A DNA stretch of 64,000 nt, from NCBI GenBank assembly GCA_964016885.1, contig OZ024744.1:7750001-7814000 (forward strand). The letters run 5' to 3'. Position numbers and translations under genes: made by a program. The stretch comes from Eledone cirrhosa (taxonomy: Eukaryota). A model generated the notes under the pieces. It was given only the letters and a program-made list of their open reading frames with translations. It did no database searches and was not told where the DNA came from. Every line of letters starts with the position of its first letter. Position 1 is the first letter of the stretch. Positions 29,313 through 45,403 of this stretch are shown piece by piece.

Positions 29313-29429
29313 AAGGAATGTGGAGGAGGTGGAGGTGGTCGTGTGATTGATGATGAAGATGATTGTGATAATGGTGTGAATTAGAATGAGATGAAATGGA
29401 ATAAAACGAAGCTGGAGTGATTTAATAAG

Positions 29430-29980
29430 TTGGCCTCCACCCACTTTCCTGTCGCCACAATGCCGGCCGCATTCCACGCCATGCTTCCCTCAACGAGGTC
29501 ATAAAGCATGGCTTGGATGCTGCAGGCTTCCCCTCCCAGCTCGAGCCGGTGGGGTTGGACCGAGGGGACGGCAAAAGGCTAGACGGTATGGACCTTTTCC
29601 CGTTCCGTGGTGGCAAACCCCTCGTCTGGGATGCCACTTGCAGCGACACTTTCTCTAGCTGTAACCTGGTGCAGTCTGCGACTAACCCAGGTACTGCTGC
29701 ACGTCGGGCTGAGGAAGGTAAACTTTGCAAGAATCGGTCGCTCACCGGCAGGTTTACAGTCGTGCCCTTGGCAGTTGAGCCTTCTGGTGTCCTTGGACCT
29801 AGGGCTACCTCTTTACTCATCACCATAGGCGCTGAGCTGGCCAACCGCAAGTGTGAACCTCACGAGATGGAATGGCTCTTCCAGCGCACCTTCCTTACCA
29901 TCCTCCGGGGAAACACCTTCTCCATTCTGTCCGCCGGAGTGTGGGTGGGCCCCCGCGTAGGACCCCATTTGCTCACCATA
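29430..29980 (+). mobile_element. CRE-like non-LTR retrotransposon 3' fragment (zinc knuckle, REL endonuclease)
   Basis: H..SC..GRIPRHASLNEVIKHGL..EPVGLDRGDGKRLDG..FPFRGGKPLVWDATCSDT..VPLAVE.SG..QR..RGN. Confidence 0.82.
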
Positions 29981-30066
29981 CAGAGAGATGAGGAGGGCGA
30001 GAGAGATGGAGGGGATGACAGTGGTTTGGTTCTTCTGTGTTCGGACCTGGTGTGCATCGTTCGGAC

Positions 30067-30170
<104 letters not shown>

Positions 30171-30883
30171 ATATGCGTATATTACTTCGTTAACCTCTGT
30201 ATTAACTCAACAACTATCTAGCTTTGACAGTGTTGTCCCATTCATGTATACTATTGAAGATGAAGAGAAAGACTGTAAACACTGGCTTATTTTTATAATT
30301 TAAAATTGATATACACTTCGATACTCTGTACATGCCAAACTCTTAATTTTGCCTCATGACAGCTAGTTTTACACGCCGTAACGTTAGATACATTATACCC
30401 CCCACCTAAGTAATGTCAGGGTCTCCTTAAATAATTTATTAATAGCATTTTTGTAATTGTTGTTATTGTTCTAATTGAATTCCATTACTACTTCATATAG
30501 TAGCCTGTATATTCTTTTCTTGCCTGTGTATTTTCTTCATTCTCGCATGCTCCGAAGATCTGACTGGTTATAATTTTGTATTGGCGATCGAGTAACGCGA
30601 AAATAAGCGAATAGCGATCTCTAGACCTACCAGTTCAGAGAAACAATTGTCAGCTATGAGATTAAAAACCTTTTTTGTATAGCAAACCATGTCAACCTTC
30701 TTTCCTGATTTATTATTACTCCAAGTGTTTACAACATAGGAATTACAGCATACCCGCAGCATCTCTATAAAAACGCCCTTTTGAGTCAAACCAAGTCAAG
30801 CGTTAATATCATCCACTACCTGGAATACCATAACTGGACTTTACCTAAGTGGACTGCATTTAACTATTATTTGTTACCCCGTA

Positions 30884-32995
<2,112 letters not shown>

Positions 32996-33103
32996 GGGGA
33001 CATTTCAATGATGGGCGTATGATCAGGGAGAGGAAGTAGTAAATCTGTAGTTACTAGCAATGTTAGCTCCACAGACTGTTTTAATATAGATAGGATTCTA
33101 CAG

Positions 33104-33142
33104 GACTAGAACAGTTTCATTCTTTGGAAATCATCAGGAATC
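33104..33142 (-). ncRNA. Possible degenerate hammerhead
   Basis: GATTC-CTGATGA-T-TTC-CAAA-GAA-T-GAAA-CTGT-TC-TAGTC; short stems. Confidence 0.4.
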
Positions 33143-33345
33143 TGGGTATCAAAAAATAAATATGGTATTTATAGGTCTCTTCAGGTGGTAGGAGAGGGTG
33201 GGGAGTGGGATGGGTGTAGGTCATTGGTTGATAGAAAAGGGAATTCATTAAAAGCTAATTCTTCAAAGCTATAGTTTATTTTTAGAGTAACAAAGGCAGA
33301 AAGAATTCTATAAACAAGTTCAGGATGGGGTGCCACTCCTTATTT

Positions 33346-33421
<76 letters not shown>

Positions 33422-33432
33422 TTTATATATAC

Positions 33433-33766
<334 letters not shown>

Positions 33767-33904
33767 TATATATATATGCCAAGCTGAAAGGTTATTGAAA
33801 GACACTGTTTACTGTTATAAACCAAACAGTGAGTGTGTTCTGTTATTATTTCTGGCAATATTATTACAATATGACACTCTCCAAGTATAACAATATATAT
33901 ATAT

Positions 33905-34016
<112 letters not shown>

Positions 34017-34197
34017 ATATATATACACACAATAGAAGTATTATATCATAACAAGGTAATAAATTGTTTGCATCGACTTCCATAATCATTTTCAAAAATA
34101 GTTTACGATCCGACTTAGTTAATTGGTTTTTACTTTATTTTTGTTGATATATATATATGTGTGTATGTGTGTGTGTGTCTGTGAAAAAGAGTCAGAA

Positions 34198-34359
34198 CCC
34201 CGACGGCAGAGCACAGACCGTTTCGACAACTATTTCTGGACCGTCCAGAAATAGCTGTCGAAACGGCTTTGTGCTCTGCCGTCGGGGCACTCTACTACCC
34301 AAAGTATCAAGTACTCTGGTGCGTTATGGTCCACCTGGTTCCTTACCACACTTCCTTCG

Positions 34360-34362
<3 letters not shown>
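34198..34362. repeat. Fold-back element (34198-34287) plus family tail
   Basis: Palindrome centred on TTCTGGAC-C-GTCCAGAA; tail matches 60280-60360 and reverse complement of 8530-8610. Confidence 0.88.
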
Positions 34363-34415
<53 letters not shown>

Positions 34416-34423
<8 letters not shown>

Positions 34424-34558
34424 TAAAATAACAAATTAAAGTTTAAGCAATGAATCGCTGCTTTCACCCTTAAAGGGATCTTCTGAAACTCAGAAGATCC
34501 CTTAAGAGTGAAAGCAGCGTTCTTTGCTTAAACTTTAATCTGTTATTTTAATAAATAT
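34416..34558. repeat. (TA)n-adjacent fold-back element with HHR-like arms
   Basis: ~65-bp arms centred on CTTCTGA-AAC-TCAGAAG; arms read CAGAAGA-TCCCT..AGGGT-GAAA-GCAGC; tail also at 8867-8905. Confidence 0.85.
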
Positions 34559-34644
34559 TTGCTCTATGGTTTTATATATTTTATATATATATTTATCCTT
34601 ATCGAGCCCTCTTTGGATTTTAGTCTTCACATTTATTATTATTA

Positions 34645-34684
<40 letters not shown>

Positions 34685-34689
34685 ATATG

Positions 34690-35007
34690 TAAAAGGTAAA
34701 CAGAAATAACAACACAATCGGTACAGTATATGGAAGGGATAACGCTTGATATAGCAGGAAGAGGGTCTTAATGTTTCGGACCCTAGTCCTTCATCAGAAG
34801 AAAGAATGAAAAATAAGATAGATTGAGGGGACGGGCCGGTTGGAATTAGAAAAAATGTCTTTAGATAAAAATAACAGGTCCATTCATGTTGACATCTCTT
34901 GCAAAACTGTTGGTGCTGGCGTTTTGTGTATGATTTATTTTTTAGAAAATTAGATGATGAAGCGCATCTACCTGAAATGGAAAAATAACCGTTTTGTGTG
35001 TGTGTAT

Positions 35008-35101
<94 letters not shown>

Positions 35102-35590
35102 CTGTATTATTATACGTCCGTATGGAGCTAAGAAATGTGTGTGTATATGTGAGTAAAAGAGTGTGTGTGCATGTAAGTACAAAGTTATGAGCAAAAGTAT
35201 GTTAATATAAGGGTGTGTATGTATACAGAGCAGTGAAGGGAAAAGTGGAGTGAGCATATATAGTCGATCTGTATTAGTTGTAAGAGAAGATGTTAATGAT
35301 CAAGAGAGAGCGATAGGAATCTAGGGGTGTGATAATGGACGGGATATTAGAGAAATTGGGGAGGTGAGTTGAGTCCAAGAGGGAAATAGGACCCAAGGCG
35401 GTGAATCAGACTTTGTTCAGTCCTGGTGCGCGAGGCCTGTGATCCATGATGTAAAAGGACATCCAGGACTGAAACATGTAGGGAAGAATGACCAAGAGAA
35501 CAGAAATGACGGGCGACAGGAGTATCGAAACCGAGTCGTATGTCCCTCAAATGTTGGGCAAAATGGTCCGCCATACGGCGTCCCGTTTGT
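34690..35590 (-). mobile_element. PLE 3' end (GIY-YIG C-terminus, tail, HHR at 34766-34800)
   Basis: ADHFAQHLRDIRLGFDTPVARHF..EQSLIHRLGSYFPLGLN; CTGATGA-A-GGAC-TAGG-GTCC-GAAAC. Confidence 0.88.
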
Positions 35591-36925
35591 AGGTGGCCTC
35601 TCTCACCCAGAATTGGGCCGAGAGGAAGCTGTCCCTGAAAGATCGAGTGGAGGTGGCGTATGCGTTCATCGGATCCGTCATCTGCTAACGCCTTACCGTC
35701 GTAACTTGCCCCCGCCTAACTCCGACTAAAATGGAGCGCCTTCTCTTCTGCTTTTTGTGGAAGGGACGTGCTCCAATGGCCAGATGATCTATCTGCTGTC
35801 AGGACCCGTTGAGTGGAGGACTGGGCATGTCGTGGCTGATTATGCGCAAACATGCGCTGAGGCTGCGACATCTCTGGTGCTTCATTGACGGTGAACAGGT
35901 GTGGCCATCGTTTGCCAGACGCGCTTTCCCCCAGCTCGTCTCATTAACGGAGCTGCAGTCCTGGATCGGGAAAAGACCGAGGGATAGCGCTTGGAAGCTG
36001 TAATTTCTCCAATCCCTCACCGCCCTCTACCAGCTGGGCACTAGTATCAGTGGAACATCCAACTCGGTGTTCTATAGATGACTAGTGGAGGGGAAGAGCG
36101 ACGACGTTCTCGGGGAGACCCTGGGCGTCGAAGACGATCAGCTGTTCGTTCTCTTCAAGAGAACTTTCAGCCCTGGGCCTATGGACAACTTCCAGAAATC
36201 CCTGGTCAGGCAGTGCTAACGGGAAGCGTTGCCAGTTCGAGATAAGCTCTACAGGCACGGAGGTGCTGTCAGCCGAACCTGTTCGAGATGCGCGCATGGC
36301 AACGAAACCGTGTGCACGCACTCGCGCAGTGCCCGAGAATTGCTGCTTTGTGGAGCTATGTCGAACAGTTGCTGTCGCGTGTAGGACTGATCCGGTCATC
36401 GACTGAGTCCATTGTGCAGATGGTCTCGCCGTCTTCCTTCGAGAAGGAAGGGCAGGCGGTTTTCATCTGCCTGGTGGACAAGGTTGAAAGAGTTGAAGAC
36501 AGACACTTTCCTCTTCGGCCAATCCCTGATTAACTTTTTCAAGTTTCACTTGAAGAGGAAAATCAGGGTGGAGAGGCAAGTGCTGCCTTCTAGTAAGATT
36601 GTTGAAAGGTGGGTGAAAATGGCGAGTCAGGTCCGAGTGAACGGGCCCGCTCTGTGTATGTGCCTGTAGACTGAGTGGGAAAACTGAGAGAGGGCGCTTT
36701 CCCTGGTGGTCAGGGTGGCCGTGGCCTTTTTGTGTGGTTTTCGACACGAGTAACCCTTGGAGGTTTCCCCCTATTGATTTGATTTGATTTTACAGATTTC
36801 TATTTTCTTGTTATAACCTTTTTACAGGGCCAAAACCCACTTTGTATCGTTCTGTACTGTTCTGTGCCGTCTGTAATGTTTTCTTCGTGTTAGACCTTTT
36901 GGCCAATAAAGAAACCATTATTACT
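35591..36925 (+). mobile_element. L1/Tx1-clade LINE 3' fragment
   Basis: Homologous to 23020-24262 (GGLGM.WL.MRKHALRLRHL, FKFHLKRKIRVER); AATAAA then (TTA)n. Confidence 0.9.
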
Positions 36926-36944
36926 ATTATTATTATAAGCGTCA

Positions 36945-37342
36945 GACACTATGCTTTGCAGCATAGAGTTATGGCCCTTTACGTTCTGAGTTCAAATCCC
37001 ACAGCGTCGATGAAATAAAGTATCAGTAATGTACTGGAATAATTGCTGGCATTGTGCCAAAAGTAGAAACAATCTAACCTATAATAAAGTAAGGAGTGCG
37101 GGACTGCGTTCAGAATATATTTTTTATCCCGTTTGTAAAATAAGTTGGATTACTTTGAATAAATAATTGTTTCTACTTTAGGCACAAGGCCAGCAATTAC
37201 CCAGTACATTACTGGTACTTTATTTTATCGACCCCGTAAGGATGAAAGGCAAAGTCAACCTCGGCTTTGAATAAATAATTGTTTCTACTTTAGGCACAAG
37301 GCCAGCAATTATCCAGTACATTACTGGTACTTTATTTTATCG
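36945..37342. mobile_element. SINE cluster (one plus copy, two partial minus copies)
   Basis: GAGTTCAAATCCC and the GGCCTTGTGCC..AAGTAGAAAC tail in both orientations. Confidence 0.75.
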
Positions 37343-37869
37343 ACCAAATTTCAACACTTCCGGTTATCGATCGCTTAAATAAACATTTATATATTTCCGT
37401 CACTAATTTTCTCCTAATGCAGTTTATATATAATATCGTCTTTTTTAATATATCATGGATTACGTTACTGATTACATAACACAGACTCTCTTCAATTTCT
37501 GTGTATATTCTCAATTACGATGTTATTTGACGTATCATATCTACATGTATATATACCTGCGTATATATCAATATACACACTACACATGCTGGCAGAAAAC
37601 CACCCTTCAAATAAAACCGTAATTGAAAATAATAATTATAATAACTAGCAGAAAAACCATCATCGGTTGTTATTATAATTATTATTTTCTCCTGTTACAC
37701 TAGTATGTTACACTAGTATGTTACACTAGTATGTTACAATAGTATGTTACAATAGTATGTTCTTGATACTTGCATATAAGCAGACAATTGAAATCATTTC
37801 TTTTAATCATCTCTAAACTTTATGTAAGTTAATTATAATTTAAAGGTGACGATTAGATTGATCTACAGA

Positions 37870-38050
37870 ATTGTTTCTACATTTGGCACAAGGCCAGCAA
37901 TTATCCCAGTGTATTACTGATACTTATTTTATCGACCTCGTAAGGATGAAAGGCAAAGTTAACCTTGGCAGGATTTGTGCTCAGAACATAAAGGGCAGCA
38001 AGTCTATGCTGCAAATCATTGTGTTCGATATTCTACCGATACTCGCAATA
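37870..38050 (-). mobile_element. tRNA-derived SINE
   Basis: Reverse complement of SINE at 61660-61835. Confidence 0.75.
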
Positions 38051-38158
38051 GTAACTACGTTTGTTAATTTACCTTCATATGGATTGACTTAATTTCATGG
38101 ATGGTAGGATGAATATTTTAATAATGTTTTTAATATCGGATCTATAATAAAAGATATG

Positions 38159-38229
<71 letters not shown>

Positions 38230-38235
<6 letters not shown>

Positions 38236-38523
38236 ATACTTTGGGAGAGTCATGTTGCCATTAAGAAACACACGCACCAGTTGCTTTCACTACAATTTAT
38301 TATAAATGAAATTTATAAATTTAAGAATTTATAAATTTCCGGTTGGTTGGTTCCACAACCGGGCGGTTGTTCATATATTGTCAAAGTTCTTTCGTCACAC
38401 ATTCTGTGACCTCTTCAGTGACTGGGATTCTTTTCTTTGTTTTTTGTGCTTCTCCTTTGTTCTGTCCTACGCCATCTTGTACGCAACAAGATGGCGTAGG
38501 ACAGAACAAAGGAGAGGCACAAA
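38230..38523 (-). mobile_element. PLE tail with intact HHR (38380-38422) ending in a fold-back hairpin (38443-38523)
   Basis: GTCA-CTGAAGA-G-GTCACA-GAATG-TGTGAC-GAAA-GAAC-TT-TGAC; ~37-bp inverted arms. Confidence 0.85.
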
Positions 38524-38559
38524 TTTGAAGCACTCGACAGTTTTCTGGAGTATAATATT

Positions 38560-38849
<290 letters not shown>

Positions 38850-41440
38850 CTTGGGACAGTATATGGAAGGAATTTATTAGTTTAAATGGTTGAATTAGCA
38901 AGAAGAAGGTGTTAACGTTTAGGACGCTAGTCCTTCATCAGAAAATTGAATGAGAAATAAGATAGACTGAAGGGGCGGGCGGGTTGGAATTGGAAAAAAA
39001 ATGTCTTTAGATAAAAATAACGCGTCCTTTCATGTTGACATCTCTTGGAAAACTATTGGTGCTGGCGTCTTGTGTATAACATTCTCTTTGAAAAGTGGTT
39101 GATGGAGCGCGTCTACTTGAAATGGAAAAGAAACCGTTTTGTATATTGAGATATACTTGTGAGTCTACATATGCATGTGTGTGTCTGTGTGTGTTATTAT
39201 ACGTCCGTACGAAGATAAGAGGATATGTGTGTATATGTAAGTAAAAAGGTGTGTCTTTGTAAGTACGAAACTGTGATCAAAAGTATGTTAATATAAGGGT
39301 GTGTATGTGTACAGAGCTGTGAAAGGAAGAGTGGAGGTGTGAGTGCATAATTTGTTGACCTGTATCAACTGTAAGCGAATATGTATCTGACCATAAGAGA
39401 GCCATGGGACACTAGGGGTAAATGTACAAGAGCGTGTGTGATAACGGATGGATAAACGTGATGGGGAAGGGGGGGCGAAGGGTAGAGAAGTAAGCACGAA
39501 CGTATATATGTAATATTAAAGAAACTGGGGAGGGAGTTGAGTCCATGAGGGAAACAGGACCCGAGGCGGAAAATCTGTTCAGTCCTGGTGCGCGAGGACT
39601 GTGAACCATGATGTAAAAAGACACCCAGGGCTGAGAAATGTAGGAAAGAATGAGCAGGGAAGGGAACACAGTGGGTCACAGGAGTATCCATATCGAGTGG
39701 TATGTCCCTCAAATGTTCAGCAAAACAGTCCACCAAACGGCGGCCCGTTTGTCAAATGTATAAGGACACGCAAAGGGAAGAGCGGAGAGCATAGACAAGG
39801 TGAGTGGAGTGTAGGTGAAGGAGTAGTAGATACGGAATGAACCATTGGTGTCTGTGAGAGTGGTGAGGTTGAAAATGAAAGGACAGGTGTTACAGTGGGG
39901 ACGAGAACAAGGATGAGAGCCGGGTGGAGTCGTGGTAGAGGACGAGAAGGAACTACGTGCAAGGAGGTCGCGGAGACTGAGGGTGCTCTTAAAAGCGGTA
40001 ATGGATGGGTTAGGAAAATAAGCGAGAAGTGGCGGAGGTCAGAAGAGAGAGTACGGAAGGAACGGAAAATATGTCGCCTGAGTGGTAGGTTGATGGGGTG
40101 GTAGGTGAGAGGGAAGGGAATGCTGATGTTGGGAGGGACGGGGTGAGGTGAGAGGGATGTGATACGGTCGTTTTCCGGGCGTGGGTGAGAGTAGTTTGGA
40201 TCAGGGTGGGGGGATATACACACTGGATGAAGCAGGAAGCCATGCGAAGGGAATGAGTTTCGAAATCGTCGTCCTGGCTACAGAGTCGACGAAGCGGGAG
40301 GAATTGGGAATAGGCTATGGAGTGTTTGGTGTGGGTTGGATGGTAGGAGGTGAAGTCGAGGTAAGATTGGGAGTCTGTTGGTTTAATGAAGATGGAAGTA
40401 GAGAGGGTGTGGTGAGAGTGATTAATAGATAGAGAGATATCTAGAAAAGAGAGAGAAGAATCGGAGACGGAGGCGGTGAAAGTGAGAGCAGGATGGAAAT
40501 ATTGGACAAAAGAAAGAAAGCAGTCGAGTTGTTCTCGGGATAGAGAGGTGGCGCCGATACAGTCGTCGATATAACGACCGTATAGCTCAGGAGTCGGTCT
40601 AGCGTACTGGGAGAAGATCTGGGCTTCGACGTAGCCAACAAACAGGTTGGCATAGTTTGGACATTCTGGTTCCTATCGCTACACCAGAGACTTGCTGGTA
40701 GAACTCACCAGAAAAGGAAAAACCCATTGAGGGTCAGATCAAGCTCAGCAAGACGGAGAAGAGTGGTAGTGCTGGCGTAAGGGGTAGGGCGTAAGTCTAA
40801 AAAATGTTAGAGAGCGCAGAAGCCGTCATCATGAGGGATGACGTAATAGAGAGAGGTGATGTCCAGGATAAAGAGAAGGCGGGAGGGACCAGGAGGGAAG
40901 GAGAAAGAGTTGAAGAGTCTAAGGGCATGATTTTTATTGTGGATGTGGGAAGGGAGATTGCCGACCAACGGGGCGAGGTGGGGCAGTTGTACGCGGAAAC
41001 GATAGGACGACCGGGAGTATTTGATTTGTGTATTTTGAGGAAGACGTGGATGGTGGGTGTGTGAGGAGATGTAAAATAAGGTTGGTGGTTGTGGAGTGTA
41101 GGAGAGAGGAGGAGATGAGCTGGTGAATGATGGATGACACGAGTTGTTGGTAACCAGGAGTGGGGTCGGAGGATAAAGGGCGGTAAAATAGGGTATCATG
41201 TTTTGGTGAAGATGAGGTTGGAGAGATGCATGGAGAATTAGATGCATATAGTGGGGAGAGGTTCGAGGAAGCGTTTGCATGTGGAATGAAGTTGGCGTAG
41301 AAAATATTTGAGATTGGGCATAATGAAGGATCTGGGGTGAGAGAGAAATAGACGGGTGAGGAGAAGGTGGTAGAAGTAAGAGGAATATAGTGGAGGAAAA
41401 GTGATAGACAGTCGTGGTGTATTTAAATAATCCAAGAAGC
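38850..41440 (-). mobile_element. Degenerate PLE related to 4990-8500, with tail and HHR remnant at ~38910-38943
   Basis: HALRLFNSFSFPPG..LFILDITSLY.VIPHDDG; FAEHLRDI..GLN; many frameshifts. Confidence 0.85.
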
Positions 41441-42789
41441 AAAGTATTTTTTGCGCAAAGTCGAACCCCGCTTCAGTTTTATTGATTTTTTACATGAATG
41501 CGTGGCCTTTGAAGTAGATTTGACTAGCTATAAACCTTGCCCGGTAAATTTGCTATAAGTGAAAAAAAGTTGATCAAAATTGTGTCTAGGGTTATTGCCC
41601 TTTGCAACAGCCTCAACGTGTCTTCAAGTATGGTTTGTTAATTTGTTGTGGAACTAAATCGACTTTCGTCAAATCGGACCGAGGAAACAATGTTTCCATT
41701 TGTCATTCTAGCTGGTGTACTCGGTTACACTCGGGGTTATAAGGCGCTGGATTTAAACGAGTCTGCGCTAAATTCCAGCAGGATGCTTTAACCGAAATAA
41801 ATGAAAAAGAAACGTTTCTTTTTGTGCTCCAATCTGTGATATTGGTATTTTGAAAAAATAGTCCACAAACATCCATGGAGCATGTGTAACGCATGTATCA
41901 GGTTATGAGAAAAATAGTTTTCGATTCTCCATTCATAAGATACCAAAAAATTGCACGCAAATAAACCGGGATTTTTAGGCACTGCCCAATTCATAGCTGA
42001 AAGGTAAGAATCAAGTGGAATAATGTTTTGCGACATTGTGAAATGTACAACCGTACAAAAGCAAAGGATATAGCCATTGAAATCTAGGTAGACCAAAGAA
42101 TTTGGTGCGGTTGTATATCAGAGGATTGTTTTCCATGTGATTCGCGTCTAGCCTACAAAGTGAAGTTAGATGATTGTAGTCGGTGTTGTATCAATAAAAA
42201 ATAAAAGCATACGGAAGACTGAACACTTACGAATTAAGTGAAAATCACGTTGATATTCCTATCGGAGCAACATGTGACGAAAAACCTGACGGACTGTTGT
42301 GTCAATATTGAAATAGTAGAAATTGTGAACCCCGACATCTAAGATGTAATGGAGGTGAAGAGGAAGAATTGGTACGATTGTTTTGCTGAACATGTTTACC
42401 ATTAATTTAAATAGACTTAAGCAGCATCATCGTGCGGTTTTGTTGTTTATGGCCTAGAATGAGGGACGGTTAAACGCGGCAGAAAAATAAGCTATGCTGG
42501 TGATGTTTAGGGGCGTCACAGGGAAGAGATGCGGCGTTGTGAGTCAATGGTGAGGACAGTGGAAGGCACGCTGATCGCTTGAGAAGACGCGATGCAACAC
42601 AGGATGCTTCTCGGCCATAATTGACAGAAAGGCATGTCAGGAGAAATGAAAGAGTTGCTATTCATCCTTTGCTTAGCATGATGAACATGTAATTAAAAAG
42701 ATTTACCATGGACTAGACTGCACGTTGGTATTGTGTTTAGCCTGCGAAAATCGGTGGTCAAATGGGGCAACAATAAGCCATGTTGTTGA

Positions 42790-44110
42790 CGTTTAAGTGG
42801 GTGGCAAGGAATTGATGCGGCATAGATAGCCATGGGAGTCTTGAAGGAGCACGGCGGTCAGGCAAAATAAAGGGCCGAGTCGGGGATGGTGGCTGACAGT
42901 GCATGGATGCGGCATCCTGAGGCATGACGATGCAGTGGGACGACGGCCAGCAGGAAAGGAAGAGGGCAGGGGTGGCCGGTGGAAAGGATGCCGCATGGTG
43001 AGCCATGGTAGTCTTGAAGGAGCACTGCGGGCAGGCAAAAGAAAGGGCCGAGGAGGGGATGGCGGCTGACAGAGCATTGATGCGGCATGGTGATGCATGA
43101 CGATGCAGTGGGACGACGGCGTGCAGGGAACGTAGAGGGCAATGGGGTTGATGGTGGAAGAGGTGAGACTTGGTCCCTCACGACTACCATGCCTAGGTAG
43201 TGGAAAGGGTCGGGAGCGGATGGCGGCTGACAGGGAAGGGATGCAACATGATGACGCATGACGAAAGGGCAGGGTGCATGGCGGCTGACAGGGCGTGGAT
43301 GCGGCATGCCAATTGAGTTGCACCTCGGGAATGTAGAGAGCACCGGGAGGCACGATGATTGTTTGAGAAAACCGGGTGCAAGGCAGGATGTTTATCAGCC
43401 ATACATGATCGGTGGCTTTGGAGGGGAAAGGGATGAATTTTTGTTTAATTTTGTTAAATATAGTCAAAATGAACGTAAAAAGACTTACACAGGATCGTCT
43501 TCATGTTCGGTGCTGTCTTCGGTCTGAGATAATGGGCGGTTATGTGCGGCGCAGGAATAGACCATGCTGATGACATTTGAGCAAGTTGCTGACAGGGCAG
43601 GAATGCCGCATGGTGAGCCATGGCTGTCGTGAGGGACCAAGGCGTGCGGGCAAGGGAGAGGACAGGGGTTGACGGTGGCAGGGATGCGGCTTGGTTAGGC
43701 ATGGCAGTCTTGAAGGAGCACGGCGAGCAGGCAAAATAAAAGGCTGAGGAGGGGATGGCGGCTGACAGATCATGGATGCGGCATGGTGAGGCATAACGAT
43801 GCAGTGGGTCGACGGCCTGCAGGGAAGGGAGATGGCCGGGATTGACGGTTGTAGGGATTCCGCATGGTGAGCCATGGCACTCGTGAAGGACTAAGGCGTG
43901 CGGGTAAGGGAAAGGGCAGGGGCGGGCATGGCGGCTAACAGAGGATGGATACGGCATGGTGAGGCATGACGATGCAGGGGGACGACGGCGTGCAGGGAAA
44001 GGAGAGGGAAGGACTTGATGGTGGCAGGGATGCGGCTTGGTTAGGCAAGGCAGTCTTGAGCTCTCCCGGAGTGTAGGCAATGGAAATGGGCAAGGGTTGA
44101 CGGATGCCTC
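42790..44110. repeat. GC-rich degenerate tandem repeat (~90/180-bp periodicity)
   Basis: Recurrent GATGCGGCATGGTGAG(G/C)CATG, GGCGGCTGACAG, GTCTTGAAGGAGCAC, GACGATGCAGTGGGACGACGGC. Confidence 0.85.
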
Positions 44111-44369
44111 ATTATGCTATGGTAGTAGGACCACGGGAATGAAGAGAGCGCATGGAGGCTCGATGATCGCTTGAGAAGACTGGGCGCAATACAGGATGAT
44201 GCGCGGCGGTATAGTCTTGATAGTCCTTATATTAGAAATGGAAGAATCGGCATAAAAGGTTTGCTGAATATGGTGAGGGTTAATTTAAAGAAACTTACGG
44301 TGGATAATTCTGATACATTGAACGTTTTTTTGCATGGCGAGAGTCACGACAAACGGAAGCAAGAAGAAT

Positions 44370-44797
44370 GGCGTTTTTCAGTTGCTGGATTTTTGCCTTT
44401 GGGGTCCGATTATTTCAAGTACCCCAAGTGGATACCCGCATCAAAATACATACTTACCTCAAATTTCATTGGAATCGGACAAATTTCGTAAACATGGATT
44501 TTTGTCTCTGGTGATCCAATTATCGGTTTATCGAAAGTTTAATGTAGCCCTCGTTCATCCCCGGATCAGAATACAGACTTGCCTCGAGTTTCATCGAAAT
44601 CGGACGGTTTTTGAAAATATCGATTTTTGGCTTCTGGGGCCCGATTATGGAGTTTTCGAAAATTTCAAGTAGCCTATTCCAATCTACGGATCGAGTTTTA
44701 TATATGTGTCAGGTTTCATGAAAATCGGATGAACGAACGGTATAGCCTGCAAGTTCGGGAAACCAAACAAACAAACAAACAACGCCCAACTTCACTT

Positions 44798-44805
<8 letters not shown>
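44370..44805 (-). mobile_element. Putative Helitron-like 5' terminal region
   Basis: Repeated TTTCAT..GAAATCGGA blocks, (CAAA)n, then CTTTATATATAATATA; mirror of the architecture at 27770 and 54400-54535. Confidence 0.45.
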
Positions 44806-44843
<38 letters not shown>

Positions 44844-44845
44844 AT

Positions 44846-45403
44846 AAACGGAAAAAATGAAACGAAATTTCATTTCCCACTCTTAGTACGGCTGTTACTT
44901 AAATATAAGTATGTCCACGTACATACATATATGTATACAGACGTACAGTAGTATGTATATATATATACATACATGCACACATATACATATATGTACGTAT
45001 GGATTCACCGAACATTTATTATAATGCTCGGTTTGTTTGCAAACAAACATCCCGTATTAAGCCGTAGTGTCTAGCAACCATCTCGCAACCATCGTTGCTC
45101 GTTTGTTCAACACTGACAAAGGAACGTTGTACTAGTTTCAAGCTTATTAGCTATCGTCAGCAACGTATACCTTCCTGCCAGATTGTTGGACGTATATACT
45201 TACCTTATGCATATTAACGCCTGAGTAGCCCAATTTGCATATCGAGTGGGTTAATCGGCCGGGTGCACCGAAAACGATAAACGGAAAAAATGAAACGTGT
45301 ACATACTTATATTTAAGTAACAGCCGTACTAAGAGTGGGAAATGAAATTTCGTTTCATTTTTTTCCGTTTACCGTTTTCGGTGCGCCCGGCCAATTAACC
45401 CAC
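44846..45403 (-). mobile_element. Non-coding ~433-nt HHR monomer with terminal redundancy plus inverted segment (retrozyme-like)
   Basis: AAACGGAAAAAATGAAACG at 44846 and 45279; 45301-45403 is an inverted copy spanning the junction. Confidence 0.75.
45124..45166 (-). ncRNA. Minimal type I hammerhead ribozyme
   Basis: ACGTTG-CTGACGA-T-AGCT-AATA-AGCT-T-GAAA-CTAG-TA-CAACGT; 6-bp stem I, palindromic ACTAGT. Confidence 0.85.

Noticed and set aside
29022-29477. Poly-Lys / poly-Leu ORFs
   Set aside because: (AAG)n microsatellite.
42758-44080. Pro/His/Cys-rich ORFs
   Set aside because: Overlapping in several frames within a GC-rich degenerate repeat; no recognisable domain.
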